Assembly: GCF_009914755.1 (NCBI RefSeq)
Contig: NC_060946.1
Reading direction: 5' to 3' (one strand)
Length of the DNA stretch: 64,000 nucleotides
Source: the human T2T-CHM13v2.0 reference genome, Homo sapiens
The notes below the pieces were generated by a model. That model was not told the origin of the DNA and searched no databases. It was given only the letters and a program-made list of their open reading frames with translations. The number at the start of each line of letters is the position of its first letter. Position 1 is the first letter of the stretch. The translations under genes and the position numbers were made by a program. Below, in pieces: positions 54,599-64,000 of the stretch.

Positions 54599-55416
54599 CT
54601 AGACAGGAAGTAGGTGAGTCATATAATAAGCCCAAGTGTGAGGACGATATGTCCTTTGCTTGGAGATCACTGCAGGGATGTGAGCTGGGGGTGCTGTGCA
54701 GACCCCTTCAGGACTGAAGCCCTGACTCCTCAACTGCTGGGGTGCTGGCAGCTAAGAACTCTGCCCAGTTCCTCAGGGGGTGGCCATGAGCTGAAGACAG
54801 CCACTTGGCCAAGGGCAGCCAGCAGTCAGTGTTGGGTTAAAAGACCTGATCCCTGCCTCTACAGGGCCACCCAGTTCAAGCTCTATGGGTGGGCTAAGGC
54901 TACTGTTGTGACTGCCCCATAGCTCAGCTTCCCATCATTCTGCCCTCTCTGCTGCTTCCTGGCACCTCCTGCCACCTCAGTGCCCACACATGAACCACCT
55001 CCACCTGTTTCCCATGGAGCCTTGCCAGTAGTTATGCTAAGGGTCATGTTTGCAACCTACATGGTACAGGCAAAGAAAAAAGGAAACATGATTTACAAGA
55101 GAGAGAAAGCAAATGTGGTAACTTTTGGTGAACCTAAGGGAACAGTATATGTCTACTGTACTATTTAAACTCTTCAGTAGGTTAGAAATTCTTAAAAATC
55201 TGGGCTGCCTTATGGGGCTGTTGGGAAGATTCCAGGAGAGAGTGGATACAAAAGGGTTTGGTAACTGAGCGAGTGGCAGATTTGCATATGCACAGGTACC
55301 CAGAGGCCTAACCCCTGCTGATGTCCATCGAGCATCATGGAGAACACCTTGAGTGAGTGCTCTAATTTCAAGGAGCAGAGGGCACAGCAATATAAGTCAA
55401 GTGGTCTGGTACTCAC

Positions 55417-55464
55417 GCGGAAGCCCAGCTCTCCAGCATAGCCACTGTGGTCGGCTTCACCTTC
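55417..55464 (-). CDS. UFD1: UFD1 exon 9 (EGEADHSGYAGELGFR)
   Basis: 48 nt, CAG acceptor, GTGAGT donor, phase 0-0. Confidence 0.96.
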
Positions 55465-55682
55465 CTGACAGGGAAAAAGAAAAACAGGTGAGCTCCTCAG
55501 CGGGGACACCCAGCTTCCCTCTCACCCCCACCCCCGGCTAGGATGTCCCCCGGAAGCATGGCTGGAAGGGACGCAGAGGATATGACTACACCAACACTAG
55601 CAGAGGCCACCCACGAGCCACTGCCAGGAACTCAAAAGCAGCATGCAGCAGGACAGCAAAGGACACTGAGGATAACACTTAC

Positions 55683-55748
55683 TGTCGACTCCTCATGCTG
55701 GACTTGTCTTTCGGGTTCTTTGTAGCCCAGGGGAGCATCAAAGTCCAC
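55683..55748 (-). CDS. UFD1: UFD1 exon 8 (VDFDAPLGYKEPERQVQHEEST)
   Basis: 66 nt, CAG acceptor, GTAAGT donor, phase 0-0. Confidence 0.97.
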
Positions 55749-56361
55749 CTGTGTTTCCAGGATTTTAAAAGTAAAATATTGAGACATGACCACCCTTGGC
55801 TTCCTTTTTTGTTTTTAATTGAGACAACTGTAGATTCACATGCAGTTTTAAGAAATAATACAAAAGATGCCTTGTACACTTGCCCAGTTTTCCCAACGGT
55901 AGCATCTTACAAAATTACAGTAAAGTATTGCTGCCAGGATATCAACACTGGCACAACCCACTGCTCTTATTCAGATTTCCCCAGTTTTACATGTTTTTGT
56001 TCATGGGTATCTTTAGTTCTACACAATGTAATCACTGTGTGGGGCATGTATCCACCACAGTTGAGATGTAGAACAGTTTCACCACCACTAGGACTGCCCA
56101 TGTTGTCTTTTTATAACCATACCCAGCTGTCTCCCAGCCCCCTCCACCAGTCCTAAGCCCTGGCAACCACTGGTCTGTCTTCCATTTCGAAAGTTCTGTC
56201 ACTTTGAGGATGTTATATAACAAAGTAACTTTTTGGGATTGGCTTTTTTTGCTCAGCAGTATTCCCTAGTAATACAACCAGGATGCTGTGTGCATCAGCA
56301 CTTCATTCCTACTCAGAAGGTTCAGTACGCTTCCTTAGCTCTTAAGCATATTCACTCCTCA

Positions 56362-57594
<1,233 letters not shown>

Positions 57595-57659
57595 TAACTA
57601 GCTATACCCAATGAGAAAATTCTAAGAATGCTCATACCAACGTCACTAATACCACTGTA

Positions 57660-57995
57660 CAGATGCTCCTTGACTTATGATGGAACCAAGTCCCATAAAC
57701 TTATAAGTTAAAAATGTATTAATATTCCTAACCTACCAAACATCATAGTGCAGCCTGCCTTAACCATTCTCAGAACACATACATTAGCCTACAGTTGGGC
57801 AAAATCATCTACTATAAAGCTTATTTTATAATAAAATGTTGAATAACTCATGTAATTTATTGAATACTGTACTGAAGATCAAAAACAGAATGGTTGTATA
57901 GGTATTCAAAGTATGGTTTTTACTGAATGTGTATCATGTTTGCATCATAATAAAGTTGAAAAATTCTAGGTAGAACCATGGTCAGGGACTGTCTG
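57660..57995 (+). mobile_element. MER47A (Tigger family) non-autonomous DNA transposon
   Basis: TA|CAGATGCTCCTTGACTTATGATGG ... GGTCAGGGACTGTCTG|TA: terminal inverted repeats and TA target duplication. Confidence 0.85.
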
Positions 57996-58162
57996 TATAC
58001 TCAAAATGCAGCTGAATTATATTTCTTCATATGTAAATTTACAGTTATACAATGGTATGCTACGCAGCCAACAGGAAAATAATTGTAAAACCAGTCATGT
58101 TGCTTGTGTCTAAGATGACCTCACCTATGTAAAAAAGGCACATAAAAAATGTCCAGAAGCAG

Positions 58163-61507
<3,345 letters not shown>

Positions 61508-64000
61508 GAGAGTAAGTCTAAAGACTTACTCTTTTCCAACATTTTAGATGTCATTTTTTAAGCTTCATACATTAAACATTATTACTGCTTTATATGGCAA
61601 CATTTACCCTGGATTCATATTTGCCAATTTATTTATTCCCTATTCCTTCTTGCTTTCCTTCTAGGATAATGCTTATTCCTAAAGTACATGCTTTTAAAAT
61701 TCCATTGGTAAATAACCTCTCTCAGATTTGGTTCATCTGAAAATATTTTCACTTTGCCCTTATTCTTTAAGGAAGGTTTTGATGATAGTTACTTGATACT
61801 GGCTGTAACTGTTGCTATTCAAAGACCTGCTACTTGCTGTTCTTCTGAAGGTACTGTGTTTTCTCCCTGCTTACCTCTCTGTATTTGGTATTTTCTACCT
61901 GTAGCTTATTCTGTTTGTTATACATTATAAATTTCCTGTCATGATGGGCTGACCACCAATTCTAAATCAATTTCAGTTACCATCTCTTCAGATTATTGCA
62001 ATTCCTCCATTCTTTCCTACTGGGATTGCAATGGGCATGTTTGACTTTCTCAGTGTCTTCAACATCTCAAGCTCTCATATGTTCCATCCCCTTGCTCCTC
62101 TGTGTGAAATTCTGTTATTTCTTCAGATTCATCTTTCATTAACTCTTTTATAGCTGTTGTTTAACATTGTTTTTCAAATCTTTCTGGTTATTTTTGATAG
62201 CCTTTTGTTGCTCGCTATTATAATTCCATTTTAAAAAATATCTTTGAACATTTTATATCTAATTATTTTACATTTGTATCTAGAAATTCTAATGCTGATT
62301 TCCTTAGGGATCTAATTTTTATTGTCTCTGCTTTGGTGTAGTTTAATTATGTGTTCTTTGCTTGTTCAATTGACAGCAATCCCAAAGACGTAACTAAACT
62401 GGAGTGCTTTTTCCAGAGAGGATCTGTTTATTTCTCCTGAGACAATGACAACACCCACCTCTGTGTATATTTTACTGCTTTTAAGGGTTCCAGTTCAATC
62501 CTGATCTCTGACTCAGATCTCCCACTAGAGCACTGATATGGCCATCTGCCCTCAGGGCAACCCAGCTTAGAGTCTTTAAAATTCTCTATAAGCACAACAG
62601 TACATTAATCAGAAGGGCCCATTAGAGGATCTAGTTTTCCCTACTTCTAAAAGTGGAAGTTCAAACCTGTGTTTCAATTTTACATACACTCTTATATAAT
62701 GTACCCTCCCTTAGAGTGCAAAGTATCAGTACTATCCTTTATCATCAGTTTAGGAGTTATATGTAGTATTACTACCTTAACATTAAAAACAATAACATTA
62801 AACTGCCTGTAATTAATTATAAAAGCTTAGAGTATTCAGTTAAGGTAAACGATACCTAAAATGTTCTCCACAAAGCTAAAGGGAACAAGATTATTTCTTA
62901 GTTTATTAAAAGGAAAAAAGAAAGTGTGATTCGAAACCCAAGGAACTGAAAAATAAGGTCAGATGCCTCAAATATGAGGAAACTGCCAGAGAATAAGCTG
63001 GATCCCTGCACTGACACCAAGGGAGTAACTGGCTAAACCACAGGCAGCTGTGACACAGCTGTGACGGCCCAGTCCCCGAAGGGACCAGAGAGTGCTGTGA
63101 AGGAGCTAAGTGCTAGCTTCAGGGAAAGCCCAGCCAAGCCAGGCTGTGGTCACTCCCGAACACTAAGGCTAGCCCTGGCAACAGCTCTGTGGGAGGGTCA
63201 ATTGTCAACAGTCACAGTGAACAGGGGCACCCATATTACTGTGCTCCATGCCTGTGGTGGGACAGCCTGATGGCAGGATTGCCAACTATTACATCCTCCT
63301 GCAGGCATATTCCCATAGGTAATAGGAAAGTGAATCCTTTCTTGAATTTTGGACTAAGTCCTGTCATTTCACTTTACAGTTAAATTGTCTAGATCCAGAC
63401 ACCTAAACAGCATAAAATCAGGGATGAAAACAGAGGCATTCAGACCTGAGAGACTTGTGTCAGAAAGGTCAAGCCTAGAGAAGCTGCTAAGTGAAAACGG
63501 AAGCTGAAGAAAACAGGAGGTGGAGGAGGATGTGGGCTCCCAGGAGGAGAGGTGAGCCTAGGAGGTGTTGCCCTAAGGCAGAGCCAGGCTTTGCTTCTCA
63601 GATGCCACACAGCACTTGGCCCCACTGAAGGGCCTGTCAGCTTCTGTGGGGCAGGTATCCCAAGGACAAGGACCCAGGAGGGTTGTTATTGTGTCTCCAC
63701 AGCCCTGCAAAGGGCTTAGCTCAGATTAGAGGTGCAGTGGGGACCTTTCAAACCAAGACAGAACCAGCAGCCTTGCCACCAAGGTACACAGAGGTATGAC
63801 TAATAAGTCTATCAATGTTCCCCTGTAAATGCAATCTATCCTCAAAACAGAGTTACCAAATGAATTAGGGCTCTAAATATGAACCCGGGAAAACTTAATA
63901 ACCAAACAGTAGGCAGTAATTAGGTGATAAGATCCAGGCATACGCTGCTTAAAAAGAAGCCCCATTCAAACATTAGAATGGACACTGCAGGTGGCTCTTG

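Overview
Primate (most likely human) genomic DNA: Alu/L1/L2/LTR-rich, with two CpG islands. The translated exons match the HIRA - MRPL40 - C22orf39 - UFD1 cluster, which I recognise as 22q11.21 (DiGeorge interval). I reconstructed by hand, with GT-AG junctions and consistent phases: HIRA coding exons 1-5 (minus strand, gene continues off the left edge), the complete 4-exon MRPL40 CDS (plus, 206 aa), the complete 3-exon C22orf39 CDS (minus, 105 aa; 142 aa from an upstream in-frame ATG) and the last six UFD1 coding exons (minus, gene enters from the right edge). Exon numbers and repeat-family names come from my recall, and repeat edges are approximate. I see no CRISPR-like, prokaryotic or wholly new protein-coding system. 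The best leads are: (1) a perfect 26-bp inverted repeat enclosing a (UG)n tract next to a candidate poison exon in HIRA intron 1 (possible TDP-43/structure-controlled switch); (2) three HIRA upstream ATGs all in frame with the main ORF, including two 5-codon MAR-- uORFs; (3) a twin CX9C motif in C22orf39; (4) a C22orf39-to-HIRA read-through frame; (5) overlapping bidirectional polyA hexamers behind UFD1; (6) several informative inverted-Alu arrangements.
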